Origin: an uncultured virus (IMG/VR IMGVR_UViG_3300036822_000086)
Lineage: Duplodnaviria > Heunggongvirae > Uroviricota > Caudoviricetes
DNA length: 64,000 nt
Direction: 5' to 3' (one strand)
Virus record (IMG/VR): IMGVR_UViG_3300036822_000086
The notes below the pieces were generated by a model, which was not told where the DNA came from, did not search any database, and saw only the letters and a program-made list of their open reading frames with translations. Position 1 is the stretch's first letter; each line of letters begins with the position of its first letter. Positions 1 to 8,055 of the stretch are shown one piece after another. Both the position numbers and the translations under genes were made by a program.

Positions 1-134
1 AAGCGCGGCGGGGATTATTCGTTTGTTGGTGTGGTGCTGGCCGCCTTTTCCAAGCGCAGCGGCAGTCCTCGGTACGCCGTCGAGAATGACGATGGACTGA
101 TTCATATCTTCAACGGCGAGCAACTAGAACGGCG

Positions 135-479
135 ATGATCGGCGTGATGGATCAGTTCACCTACTGGCTCGATGCCGAGCATCGGCCGGTGCAGTGCGTG
201 AACGATGATACATGGTTCGCATGGTATCAGGATATCAACAATCGTCGGGTGGCGCTGACGCGGATCGCTAACGGGATCAGCGTCAGCACGATCTTCACCG
301 GGCTTGATCTCGTGCCGAGCGACGGGCCGCCGCTGCTATTCGAAACCGAAGTTTTTGGCGGCGAATACGGGGGCTGTCGCTGGAACTTTGCCACTTGGGA
401 TGACGCGAAGATCGGGCATGAGATCATCGCTGAGACGTTGCGGCGATTAGAGAGCAAATCAGATGAACCAACCCGATGA
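135..479 (+). CDS. hypothetical phage protein
   Basis: 114-aa ORF with normal composition (VSTIFTGLD...PLLFETEVFGG), in a run of overlapping + ORFs. Confidence 0.6.
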   Translation: MIGVMDQFTYWLDAEHRPVQCVNDDTWFAWYQDINNRRVALTRIANGISVSTIFTGLDLVPSDGPPLLFETEVFGGEYGGCRWNFATWDDAKIGHEIIAETLRRLESKSDEPTR

Positions 480-747
480 ACACCACGTCCAAAAATGGGA
501 GGCAGAATGGCTCGCGACTGGAGCGTATTATCGATTTCACACGACGGCATGTATTGTCATGATAATTGACAGGGACGGGAATGCCGTCGTGCATCCAACG
601 GCGGACACACAATACGGCGGTTATTCCGTTGCTCGACTCGATAAAGAGATCAAGTGCAAAGAAGCGGAGTTGACGGCTCTGATCGCAGCCCGCGATTGGT
701 TGAAGGCCCATCCACGCAAAAAAAACATCCGAGAGCAACCAAAATGA
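463..747 (+). CDS. hypothetical protein with a C-terminal coiled coil shared with the RAMP-like protein
   Basis: GGYSVARLDKEIKCKEAELTALIAARD is 23/27 identical to the tail of 2518-3261; stop overlaps the next ATG (ATGA). Confidence 0.7.
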   Translation: MNQPDEHHVQKWEAEWLATGAYYRFHTTACIVMIIDRDGNAVVHPTADTQYGGYSVARLDKEIKCKEAELTALIAARDWLKAHPRKKNIREQPK

Positions 748-1421
748 ACCAACTCAATGAACGCAGTCTCGCCATCCCGATCCCGCGCCGCATGCGGCAT
801 CTGCCAATCGCCGACAATGGCTATGTCGTGCCGTGGTTCGTGACTCGCGGCGATGATGGCAGCTACGACTTTCGCGCCGCTGATATGCGCAAGCACAAGC
901 GCGCGGTGCATCAGAAACTATGCTGGCTGTGCGGGCAAACGCTCGGACGGCATTTGGCTTTCGTGATCGGGCCGATGTGCGTGGTTAACCGGGTCACGTC
1001 GGAACCGCCATCGCATCTGGAATGCGCAGAGTATGCCGTCAAGGCGTGCCCGTTTCTGAGCCAGCCGCGCATGCGCCGCAACGCCAAGGGCATCGCTGAG
1101 ATGCTGGAAAGCGGCGAGGCCATCGCCCCGCCGGGCGAACATCTCGACCGCAATCCCGGCGCCTGTGCGATCTACATCACGCTGACCTATTCCGCGTTCC
1201 CGGTCGGTCAGGGCAAGGCGGGCGTGCTGTTCCGGCTCGGCGAGCCCGAGCACGTCACCTACTATCGCGAAGGCCGCTTGGCGACGCGGGCCGAAGTGCT
1301 GGAGTCGATAGATAGCGGCATGCCAACCTTGCGCGAGATGGCGATAGGGCAAGGTCAAGAGGCGATGCACGCGCTCCAGCATCAGTATCAACGGGCGCTG
1401 CGATTGTTGCCCGCCGCATGA
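744..1421 (+). CDS. Cys/His-rich phage protein, probably Zn-binding
   Basis: ATG at 744 overlaps the upstream stop; motifs CWLCG, GPMC, EPPSHLECAEYAVKACPFL. Confidence 0.7.
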   Translation: MNQLNERSLAIPIPRRMRHLPIADNGYVVPWFVTRGDDGSYDFRAADMRKHKRAVHQKLCWLCGQTLGRHLAFVIGPMCVVNRVTSEPPSHLECAEYAVKACPFLSQPRMRRNAKGIAEMLESGEAIAPPGEHLDRNPGACAIYITLTYSAFPVGQGKAGVLFRLGEPEHVTYYREGRLATRAEVLESIDSGMPTLREMAIGQGQEAMHALQHQYQRALRLLPAA

Positions 1422-1603
1422 TGACAACCGAGGCACCAATTCTCGACATGACTGCTGACGAACTGCGTGCAATCTCGCGCAAGCTCCTGACCTATGCTTA
1501 TGCTGACATCCGCGCCGCTGACGAGGAAGCGGAGAAGATGGCCAGGAGATGTTGGGAGATCGCCGCCCTGCTCGATGCAACCAACGCTCGGAAGAATACA
1601 TGA
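1418..1603 (+). CDS. small hypothetical protein
   Basis: ATGA-coupled to the previous gene; helical 61-aa ORF. Confidence 0.5.
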   Translation: MMTTEAPILDMTADELRAISRKLLTYAYADIRAADEEAEKMARRCWEIAALLDATNARKNT

Positions 1604-1819
1604 TTTTCCGCACTATGCTTTCGAGTGCGAATTTCGCATTCAACTGCTCGGAGGGCGATCCCAAAACGTTGGCCCTCATGTTCAAGGGGATGACCGAGCA
1701 GACGGCCCGCAATATTCTTGCGGCTGGCCCCGGTGTTTGTAGACGAATATCCCATGATGAAATCGACGTTCCCGATCGTCTCTGTGAGCAGTGACGCGTC
1801 CCCATGACCGACGCGGTGA

Positions 1820-2173
1820 ATGATCGTGAGCGACAGTAACTTCGAAGCGCGCGTGCGCGCTTATTTCGATTCCGATCCGCGTGAGCCAGCGGGCCGCTTG
1901 ATTCTCGATCTCTATTCGGTGGCACGGCGAAAACAAGAGTCCACGATGGCAGGCAGTGTCCCCCGAGCGATTGTCGAGCTTGAACTGATGCGCGAGCGTG
2001 TGCAGAACCCCGAAGTGCGCAACGTGGTTGAGGTTCTGTTGCGGCTGCTCACGGGCACCGATCTCGATTACGCCGGGCGGCAATATGTGCAGCACTACTT
2101 TTCGCCCGAGGAACAGCGGGTATTCGATAGGGCTGTGAAAAACGCCACGAACAAGCTGTCTCCGTCTAGTTGA
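1820..2173 (+). CDS. hypothetical protein
   Basis: 117-aa ORF, last of the left + strand cluster. Confidence 0.5.
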   Translation: MIVSDSNFEARVRAYFDSDPREPAGRLILDLYSVARRKQESTMAGSVPRAIVELELMRERVQNPEVRNVVEVLLRLLTGTDLDYAGRQYVQHYFSPEEQRVFDRAVKNATNKLSPSS

Positions 2174-2199
2174 CAATCGCCCAGCACGGTGTCTACCTT
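2170..2199 (+). promoter_or_regulatory. putative sigma70 promoter
   Basis: TTGACA (2170-2175), 18-nt spacer, TACCTT (2194-2199); no credible + strand ORF follows. Confidence 0.5.
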
Positions 2200-2204
2200 T
2201 CGTT

Positions 2205-2466
2205 GACGGGTTAGCCCCGGCGCACTTTCGATGAGCCCGCGCCAGGGGCGCCAGAGGGGAAGGACCGTCGCCCAACCAAGCGCCCGGGCGGCGGTCCTTT
2301 ACCCGAAGCCGAAAGATAATCCAGAACTTGCCAGACTTTACAGGACCGATTCGTTCCTGATTCGGTGCTGATTCGGTCCATGCCAGAGTCGGATCGACTC
2401 TGCGATCGGGGGCAATAAAAAAGCTGGCGAACGTCCGAACACCACGACGGACGCCGCCAGCTTTTT
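2205..2466 (+). ncRNA. putative structured non-coding RNA (chain of hairpins)
   Basis: Stems 2215-2223/2239-2248, 2260-2273/2286-2299 (14 bp), 2343-2352/2370-2379 and 2384-2391/2395-2402, lying between a promoter and a terminator. Confidence 0.45.
2418..2466. terminator. bidirectional intrinsic terminator
   Basis: AAAAAGCTGGCG...CGCCAGCTTTTT perfect inverted repeat between convergent genes. Confidence 0.75.
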
Positions 2467-2517
2467 GCGAGCCTACCAAACTCGACGCCCGAGCTTAGCG
2501 TCGCACCGCTTCAACCG

Positions 2518-3261
2518 TCAAGCTGATCGATCACGGGCGGCGATCAGCGCCGCCAACTCTGCTTCTTTCCGCTTGATCTCTTTATTAAGCTGAGCGACGG
2601 AGTAGCCACCTTCGCTCGCCTTGCCGATATCGAAGCGGCCCCAACCGAGCTTGCGACTAGCGCCAACGCCGATCTCGCGACCGCAGAAGCCGATGAAGTC
2701 ATCAACCTTTTTCGGATCGATAACTTCCTCGCTGAACTTCACTTCAAACGCCGCTGAGAACGGACCAACATACTGATTGCTGCGCAGCGCTCTTTGGTTG
2801 CTCAGCTTGTTGCCGGCGCCAGCGGTGACGACAACGAAGCGCTCCCAGACGCCGTCCGCTTTGTGCTTGCCGGTGAATATGTCGGACACGGTCAGCACCG
2901 TTCGCAAATTTTCGGCGCGGGCAATGCGGATCGCGCTTGAGGCCAAGCCACAAGCTTGCGCGGCCATGCCGTATATCTGATGCGCCGGGATCACGATCTC
3001 GGTCGCATCGTGGCCGTCAGCGTCATCGAGACTGGCCGCCGTATAGAACTGGCGATCGGCTTCGACTTCCAGCGCTTCGTAATCGGCCATGCTCATGCCC
3101 TTGGTGGCCAGATAGTCGCGCAAGACCTTGACGCGCTTTTCCTCCGAGCGCACGCGCTTGGTGCCGGATTCCTTCTGGATGTTGATCAGCCGCTCGCGCT
3201 GCGGCCAGTACGGATGCGCGATGTAGCCTTTCAGGAATGAGACTTGGTAGGCCCGTTGCAT
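2518..3261 (-). CDS. stand-alone RAMP/Cas7-like RNA-binding protein (247 aa)
   Basis: AGGAG RBS 8 nt before ATG 3261; RAMP-type motifs IVIPAHQIYGMAAQAC and C-terminal Gly loop GREIGVGASRKLGWGRFDI. Confidence 0.7.
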   Translation of the reverse strand: MQRAYQVSFLKGYIAHPYWPQRERLINIQKESGTKRVRSEEKRVKVLRDYLATKGMSMADYEALEVEADRQFYTAASLDDADGHDATEIVIPAHQIYGMAAQACGLASSAIRIARAENLRTVLTVSDIFTGKHKADGVWERFVVVTAGAGNKLSNQRALRSNQYVGPFSAAFEVKFSEEVIDPKKVDDFIGFCGREIGVGASRKLGWGRFDIGKASEGGYSVAQLNKEIKRKEAELAALIAARDRSA

Positions 3262-3281
3262 GGTCAATGCTCCTAATGACT

Positions 3282-3449
3282 GGCGTTGGCGTCGGCGAAG
3301 GCGTTGACGGTGACGTCGGCGATGACGAGGGCGATGACGAGAGCGGCGACGGCGACGATGACGAGAGCGTTGGCGTCGGCGTAAGCGGTGGCGTCGGCGT
3401 TGGCGTCGGCGATGGCGGTGACGAGGACATAGTCGATGTCGTAGGCGCT
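3282..3449 (-). repeat. hexamer array 1, 28 units (NN-CGYC on minus)
   Basis: ggcgtt ggcgtc ggcgaa ggcgtt gacggt gacgtc...; CG in phase in 27/28 units; fills the gap between the stop at 3455 and the RAMP RBS. Confidence 0.95.
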
Positions 3450-3454
3450 GGAAG

Positions 3455-3667
3455 TTATGTTTTGTCGAGAGCAAAGAAAATGTTGAGCACGGGCGGCAAG
3501 GGGCCGGGTTCGATCAGAGAACCGGTCAGAAAATAGCTGATAATCTTGACGCTGGTCCCGTTGCCAGTGTCGCCGGGATAGATTGCACCGATCAGCCGGT
3601 CGTCGGCATAAATCTCGATCATTGAATGGGCTCGCAAGTGGTGCTGTCGCAGTTCAAAGCGGATCAC
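3455..3667 (-). CDS. small hypothetical protein between arrays 2 and 1
   Basis: 70-aa beta-rich ORF (IEIYADDRLIGAIYP). Confidence 0.6.
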   Translation of the reverse strand: MIRFELRQHHLRAHSMIEIYADDRLIGAIYPGDTGNGTSVKIISYFLTGSLIEPGPLPPVLNIFFALDKT

Positions 3668-4032
3668 GGAAGCTCCGAGGGCGATGACGTCGGCGAAGGC
3701 GTTGACGGCGGCGTCGGCGATGACGCTGACGATGGCGTTGACGGCGGCGTTGGCGAGGGCGAAGACGTTGACGGTGACGTTGGCGACGACGTTGGCGCTG
3801 GCGCTGGCGGGGGCGCTGGCGAAGGCGTTGACGTGAGCGATGACGATGACGAGGCCGTCGGCGTAGACGATGGCGCGGGCGTTGGCGATGGCAGCGAAGT
3901 TTTGATGGCGCGCGCGGTTGTCTTATCAGGAATGTCGTAGCGTGGTTTGAGAAAATGACGGCGCAAGCTGCGCAACAGCGGATCAACGCCGACCGTCAAC
4001 CCATATCCCGTTTCCGTTTCCTGATCCGTCAT
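3664..4032 (-). CDS. possible ORF whose Ser/Thr/Pro tail is array 2
   Basis: ATGA-coupled to 4029-4223; the low-complexity tail may only be read-through of the array. Confidence 0.4.
   Translation of the reverse strand: MTDQETETGYGLTVGVDPLLRSLRRHFLKPRYDIPDKTTARAIKTSLPSPTPAPSSTPTASSSSSLTSTPSPAPPPAPAPTSSPTSPSTSSPSPTPPSTPSSASSPTPPSTPSPTSSPSELP
3680..3895 (-). repeat. hexamer array 2, 36 units
   Basis: ggcgat gacgtc ggcgaa ggcgtt gacggc...; CG in phase in 35/36 units. Confidence 0.95.
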
Positions 4033-4223
4033 ATCAACCGCTCCCTCTCAGCATTGGCCCGCAGATCGGCGACGATTGCTTCCATGATGGAAATCTCGCG
4101 CCGCATTTGCTGTTCTGTCATTTTGCCTTCGGCAACCCGGCGCGGATAGACGCGCAGCCGGTAGCGCAATTCGCGCTCGATGCAGGCCAACTTGTCTTGC
4201 GCGGTCCATTGATCATCGGCCAT
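4029..4223 (-). CDS. small phage protein
   Basis: MADDQWTAQDKLACIERELRYRLRVYPRRVAEGKM...; ATG at 4223. Confidence 0.7.
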   Translation of the reverse strand: MADDQWTAQDKLACIERELRYRLRVYPRRVAEGKMTEQQMRREISIMEAIVADLRANAERERLI

Positions 4224-4692
4224 AGCGACACCGCCAGTGCAGAACTCCGTGGCGATAGAAATTCTCGCGCCACCCGGGCGAGCAGATATTGCGCGTTGAC
4301 GAAGGCGAGGACGCTGCCGCAGACGAAGGCGAGGACGCTGGCGAAGGCGAAGGCGTTGACGTGGACGTTGACGGAGGCGATGACGTAGCCGTGGCCGCAG
4401 ACAGAGACGTTGACGCTGGCGACGGCGTGGGCGTTGGCGTAGACGGCGTTGGCGTAGACGTGGGCGAGGCCGAGATCGAAGGCGTAGACGTTGACGTGGG
4501 CGTCGGCGATGGCGGTGGCGTTGACGATGGCGTTGGCGCCAACCGCTGCACGATCGTGAGGCCGCCACTGGACGTCGCGACCGGCGCAGAATCTTGCCAG
4601 GAATCCCCGATAAAGAATCCGACGCCGAACGCCAGCGGCGCGATGATCAACACGTCGCGCAATTCACTCTCCGATCTCGACAGCGAGATCAT
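4213..4692 (-). CDS. possible membrane-anchored ORF whose S/T/P region is array 3
   Basis: Hydrophobic VLIIAPLAFGVGFFIG followed by array-encoded S/T/P. Confidence 0.4.
   Translation of the reverse strand: MISLSRSESELRDVLIIAPLAFGVGFFIGDSWQDSAPVATSSGGLTIVQRLAPTPSSTPPPSPTPTSTSTPSISASPTSTPTPSTPTPTPSPASTSLSAATATSSPPSTSTSTPSPSPASSPSSAAASSPSSTRNICSPGWRENFYRHGVLHWRCRYGR
4298..4540 (-). repeat. hexamer array 3, about 40 units
   Basis: gacgaa ggcgag gacgct gccgca...; one 3-nt register slip at 4442-4444. Confidence 0.95.
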
Positions 4693-4894
4693 CTAATTGC
4701 ACCGAATGCGACATCCACTCATTGGCCCGATGCGCGTCTTCGCTGGCCATGGCGAGCGAGCGATCCGAGCAAACACGCGCCAATCCCCATAGCACTTCCG
4801 CCAAGCCGTGGGCATCGACCAGCATGCCGAGCAAAACCAGATCAGCGTCATCGATAGTCTGCACGTGCAGACGTGCCATTTCAGCGGTGTTCAT
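4664..4894 (-). CDS. hypothetical protein
   Basis: ATGA-coupled ORF in the minus operon. Confidence 0.6.
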   Translation of the reverse strand: MNTAEMARLHVQTIDDADLVLLGMLVDAHGLAEVLWGLARVCSDRSLAMASEDAHRANEWMSHSVQLDDLAVEIGE

Positions 4895-5313
4895 TTCTTT
4901 GGCCTTTCGTAAGTGACGACGGCGCGATGCCGGATTGCTTTCCGGCCGAAAAGTTCAGTTTCTTCGTTGATGACGGTGACGGTCGGAATGATCAGCCCGA
5001 GCCATTCGATGTCCTGTTTCACCACGTCGATCGGAATGATCGGTTTGTGCTGGTCATCGCCGCCGATGATGATCGCTTTGCCCGCAAACGGATCGCGCTG
5101 CGTCGGCAGCCGAAACGCATAGACCGGCTTCTGCGCCAGCAAGCTTCCGCCCGCGACCCAAATCATGTCATCAACATCGCTGATGATCGCATGATCGATG
5201 CCATAGGTGTCGCCGATCAGCCGCTCGATGGTGGCGACCACTGGCGTTTCAAGCTCGATCAAGCTGACCCGCTGCAAGCTCGGATCAATTAGATAACCGG
5301 TATCCATCCCCAT
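4891..5313 (-). CDS. hypothetical phage protein
   Basis: GYLIDP...PFAGKAIIIG; start at 5313 or 5307. Confidence 0.6.
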   Translation of the reverse strand: MGMDTGYLIDPSLQRVSLIELETPVVATIERLIGDTYGIDHAIISDVDDMIWVAGGSLLAQKPVYAFRLPTQRDPFAGKAIIIGGDDQHKPIIPIDVVKQDIEWLGLIIPTVTVINEETELFGRKAIRHRAVVTYERPKK

Positions 5314-5329
5314 GCCCGTCCTATTTCGT

Positions 5330-5653
5330 TTACGATGCCGCTTGCCGTTTCTGCTTGGCCGCCCTGGCTCGCGCCCGCTGTGCCCGTTCGGCATCGAGTT
5401 GGATCACCTTAGCCGCGCGTTTCCGCGCCAGCGTCAGTTCATAGCCGAGCGCCCCGAGCACCGCCGCCACCGCCGCATGCGTCGGCCGCCGCGTGTCGCC
5501 ATGAAACCAATTATACATCGTGCTAACCGACACGTCGCTGAGATCATGAATGTCGAGATAGCTGAGCTTTGAGTCCTGAACCGCCGTGCGGACCACGTCT
5601 ATAATTGGGTCCTTCGTTACGAACTGGTAGCTCCGGTAGGCTTTGAATGTCAT
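5330..5653 (-). CDS. XRE-like HTH DNA-binding protein
   Basis: LSYLDIHDLSDVSVSTMYNWFHGDTRRP helix-turn-helix pattern. Confidence 0.7.
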   Translation of the reverse strand: MTFKAYRSYQFVTKDPIIDVVRTAVQDSKLSYLDIHDLSDVSVSTMYNWFHGDTRRPTHAAVAAVLGALGYELTLARKRAAKVIQLDAERAQRARARAAKQKRQAAS

Positions 5654-6018
5654 TTGGTCCCCGCTGCGGTGAGACGAAATTTGCCGAAACCGGCACGGCG
5701 CACCATGCCGTTGAGCATCAGATTGTAGAGTGCGCTTGACGCTTGCTTGGTGGTGATCCCGGTCTTGGCGCTGACGTCGCGCGCGCTGAACGTTTCGCCG
5801 GGCTTGGTGGCAGCGAGCACGGCTTCCTTGTTTTGCCCGGCCGGCACTCGACCCGCTGACTTGGCACGCTGCCGCTCTGGCGCCGGCAGCGCCAGTGGCG
5901 GCGGCACGACGGCCGTCACTTCGACATTGCCGACTTTGTGCTCGTCAAATGTGCGGAGCAAATCCCACACATGATTTTCTTTCACCAACAGGCTTACATG
6001 CAGAAGCTTCTCGGTCAC
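5650..6018 (-). CDS. winged-helix DNA-binding protein
   Basis: FSARDVSAKTGITTKQASSALYNLMLNGMVRRAGFGKF. Confidence 0.65.
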   Translation of the reverse strand: MTEKLLHVSLLVKENHVWDLLRTFDEHKVGNVEVTAVVPPPLALPAPERQRAKSAGRVPAGQNKEAVLAATKPGETFSARDVSAKTGITTKQASSALYNLMLNGMVRRAGFGKFRLTAAGTK

Positions 6019-6314
6019 GCTGACTCCTTCGGGTTTGGGGTTGGGCTGTATTCCTCGATCACTTCGCGGACGTGAAACTTGACCAATCTGATTTTCATGC
6101 CGAACCGTTCGGCCATGTTCTGCGCCAACGGCCGCAGCGACGCCAACCGTTTTTCGTCGGCGGCGATCAGCGGCACGAGTTGACCGCTCATCGTCGCAGC
6201 CGTCACGCCTTCGTTGCCATCCTTTTCATCAACCGACAGAAACACCCAGATCGCATCGATGCGCGGCATGGTGTTCTTGGGCTGGATCAACAGCGGATCA
6301 TCATCCCAGATCAT
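6015..6314 (-). CDS. hypothetical protein
   Basis: ATGA-coupled 99-aa ORF. Confidence 0.6.
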   Translation of the reverse strand: MIWDDDPLLIQPKNTMPRIDAIWVFLSVDEKDGNEGVTAATMSGQLVPLIAADEKRLASLRPLAQNMAERFGMKIRLVKFHVREVIEEYSPTPNPKESA

Positions 6315-6568
6315 TTTTGGTGCCTTTTTCTCATTATCTGTTCAAGCTCGTCCAGTTTGGTCTGCATGTTGATTTGCATCCAGACTACCTGCGGAAGCAA
6401 AATCGCCAGCACAAAGATGCCACCAGCACAGAACAAATCGATGGCCGTGATGACGCGGTCAAGTGTGTGGGACACAATGGCGTTGAGCCAGAGCCCGAGC
6501 ACTGCCAGGATGGCCGCGCTAAGCAGCATCCATTTGTTGGCTCGCCGCAGGAATGTAATCCAACTCAT
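6311..6568 (-). CDS. two-TM membrane protein
   Basis: Two hydrophobic segments; ATG at 6568 overlaps the upstream stop. Confidence 0.6.
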   Translation of the reverse strand: MSWITFLRRANKWMLLSAAILAVLGLWLNAIVSHTLDRVITAIDLFCAGGIFVLAILLPQVVWMQINMQTKLDELEQIMRKRHQK

Positions 6569-7170
6569 GTCAATTCCTTGCGAAGCTCGTCGGGCCAGAG
6601 CCCCCATTGCGGGGCCGTTGCTTCAGGCAAAACAACTTCATGCCATTGCCCATCGCTGGCCATGTTCGGAGGCACCAACAACATTCCGATGCGCGGGCTG
6701 AAGCGGACCAATGCGACGATGCCGTCACGGCCGCGCCGCTCGATATACTCGCGCAAGGCCGGATCGCGATGCGCTTCTGGATAATCGGGATCGATCCAGA
6801 TTTGAATCACCTGCATCCGGTTATCATCGACGCCGATAAAATCCGGCATGATGTCGATGACGTAGTGCGACCGATCGGGCCGGCGTAGATCGGCGGTGTC
6901 GTCGCCGACCAACCAACGGCAGGACCAGACGCGGCAGCCCATCGGGCGATAATCGTAAACCGCGCAGCCCTTGCCATGACGCTGGTGTTTGCAACGCTTG
7001 CCGGCAGGCTTATCGAAATCGCGAATCATCCCGGGCACGGCAACCATGGCCATGATCTCAGGATGGCGCGCGTCGCTGCCCTTCTGCATCGGCAGCAATT
7101 TGCAACAGAGTTGGCAGTCACCACACTGGCGCGTCAAAATCTGATTCTCCCGTGCCGGCCACCGTTGCAA
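6565..7170 (-). CDS. YkgJ-like CxxCxxCC cysteine-cluster protein
   Basis: RQCGDCQLCCK...RCKH...GCAVYDYRPMGCRVWSC; start uncertain. Confidence 0.75.
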   Translation of the reverse strand: MQRWPARENQILTRQCGDCQLCCKLLPMQKGSDARHPEIMAMVAVPGMIRDFDKPAGKRCKHQRHGKGCAVYDYRPMGCRVWSCRWLVGDDTADLRRPDRSHYVIDIMPDFIGVDDNRMQVIQIWIDPDYPEAHRDPALREYIERRGRDGIVALVRFSPRIGMLLVPPNMASDGQWHEVVLPEATAPQWGLWPDELRKELT

Positions 7171-7270
7171 TACGGCGCAACCCGTGTCAACGAAATGTTG
7201 ACGGTTGCCCCCGTTATTCGGCAGAATATACCGCCAGCCCGCAGTGGTAACGAATTACCCTATAGGGCCC

Positions 7271-7300
7271 TTGACCCTAGGAATATCGTTCCTATATATA
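7271..7300 (+). promoter_or_regulatory. promoter with a palindromic operator in the spacer
   Basis: TTGACC (7271) and TATATA (7293 or 7295); TAGGAA-N5-TTCCTA at 7278-7294; lies at the divergence point of the two early operons. Confidence 0.6.
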
Positions 7301-7754
7301 CAGTGTTGCCCCCGGGAGGGGGTCGGGTTCCCCGGACACCTTAGCAGGCTTAAGTCCGGGCGCCAGAACTGGCTAGGGCCGTTCCCGCAGTAGCGCCGCA
7401 AGGCGCGAGGATCGCGGTGATCACGGTAGGCCGGTGATGGTTAGTAAAGGCGCCGAGGCGTCGAGAAGAAACGGAGTGCACCGGGTCTGGCGTGCGTGCT
7501 GGCGAATGTCCAACGCGACCGCAATAGCCTGATCGACCATGTCCAACGTGACACGATCAAAATCGCCGCCAACGCAACGAACCTCCAAAACATTTACTTG
7601 AGCAAATAATCAATACAGCGCGCTTACGAGCGCGCTGCATCTCCAAGCGGCGGTGAACGTCATCGCTTTTTGGGACGGTCGCGAATGACCGTAAGCGTGC
7701 TCCGTTTTTGGCACACGCGCCGCTTCGAGATGCAAACCCGAAAAGGAAAACACC

Positions 7755-7994
7755 ATGCGCAACATCGAACAGCATGACCTTGTGCTCTACGCCATCAACA
7801 CAAGCGTCTTCTACCAACTACACTGCCTGATGGCCCGCAACAACATGAGCGTTGACGGTTGGAAAGACTGGATACGCGACCGCGTGTTGCCATTGTATGG
7901 CCGCGAGATCGAGCCGGTCAGCTACGATTACGACACGCTGATCAACAGCGCTCGCGAACTGCGTGACTACTACAATCGTCACGTCACTGAGTAA
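7755..7994 (+). CDS. hypothetical protein
   Basis: AAGGAA RBS; first gene of the + operon. Confidence 0.7.
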   Translation: MRNIEQHDLVLYAINTSVFYQLHCLMARNNMSVDGWKDWIRDRVLPLYGREIEPVSYDYDTLINSARELRDYYNRHVTE

Positions 7995-8009
7995 CTGAAC
8001 CCCCTCACT

Positions 8010-8045
8010 GCCCGGCGTTGGAGCGCCGGGCCAAACCCCGAAGGA
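8010..8045 (+). promoter_or_regulatory. TTGGAG-loop hairpin + AAACCCCGAAGGA leader element (copy 1 of 6)
   Basis: GCCCGGCG-TTGGAG-CGCCGGGC; loops of the other copies at 8383, 12029, 13413, 14596 and 16329. Confidence 0.8.
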
Positions 8046-8055
8046 ACCTAAGCAA

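Noticed and set aside
3262..3474. Arg/His-rich N-terminal extension of the 318-aa ORF
   Set aside because: It is the hexamer array read in frame; a good AGGAG RBS precedes ATG 3261.
3282..4540. CRISPR array next to a cas7-like gene
   Set aside because: There are no 23-47-nt direct repeats with unique spacers; the period is 6 nt.
3237..4696. Plus-strand Gly/Asp/Val ORFs and minus-strand poly-Arg ORFs over arrays 1-3
   Set aside because: The repeat has almost no stops in several frames, so these are shadow ORFs.
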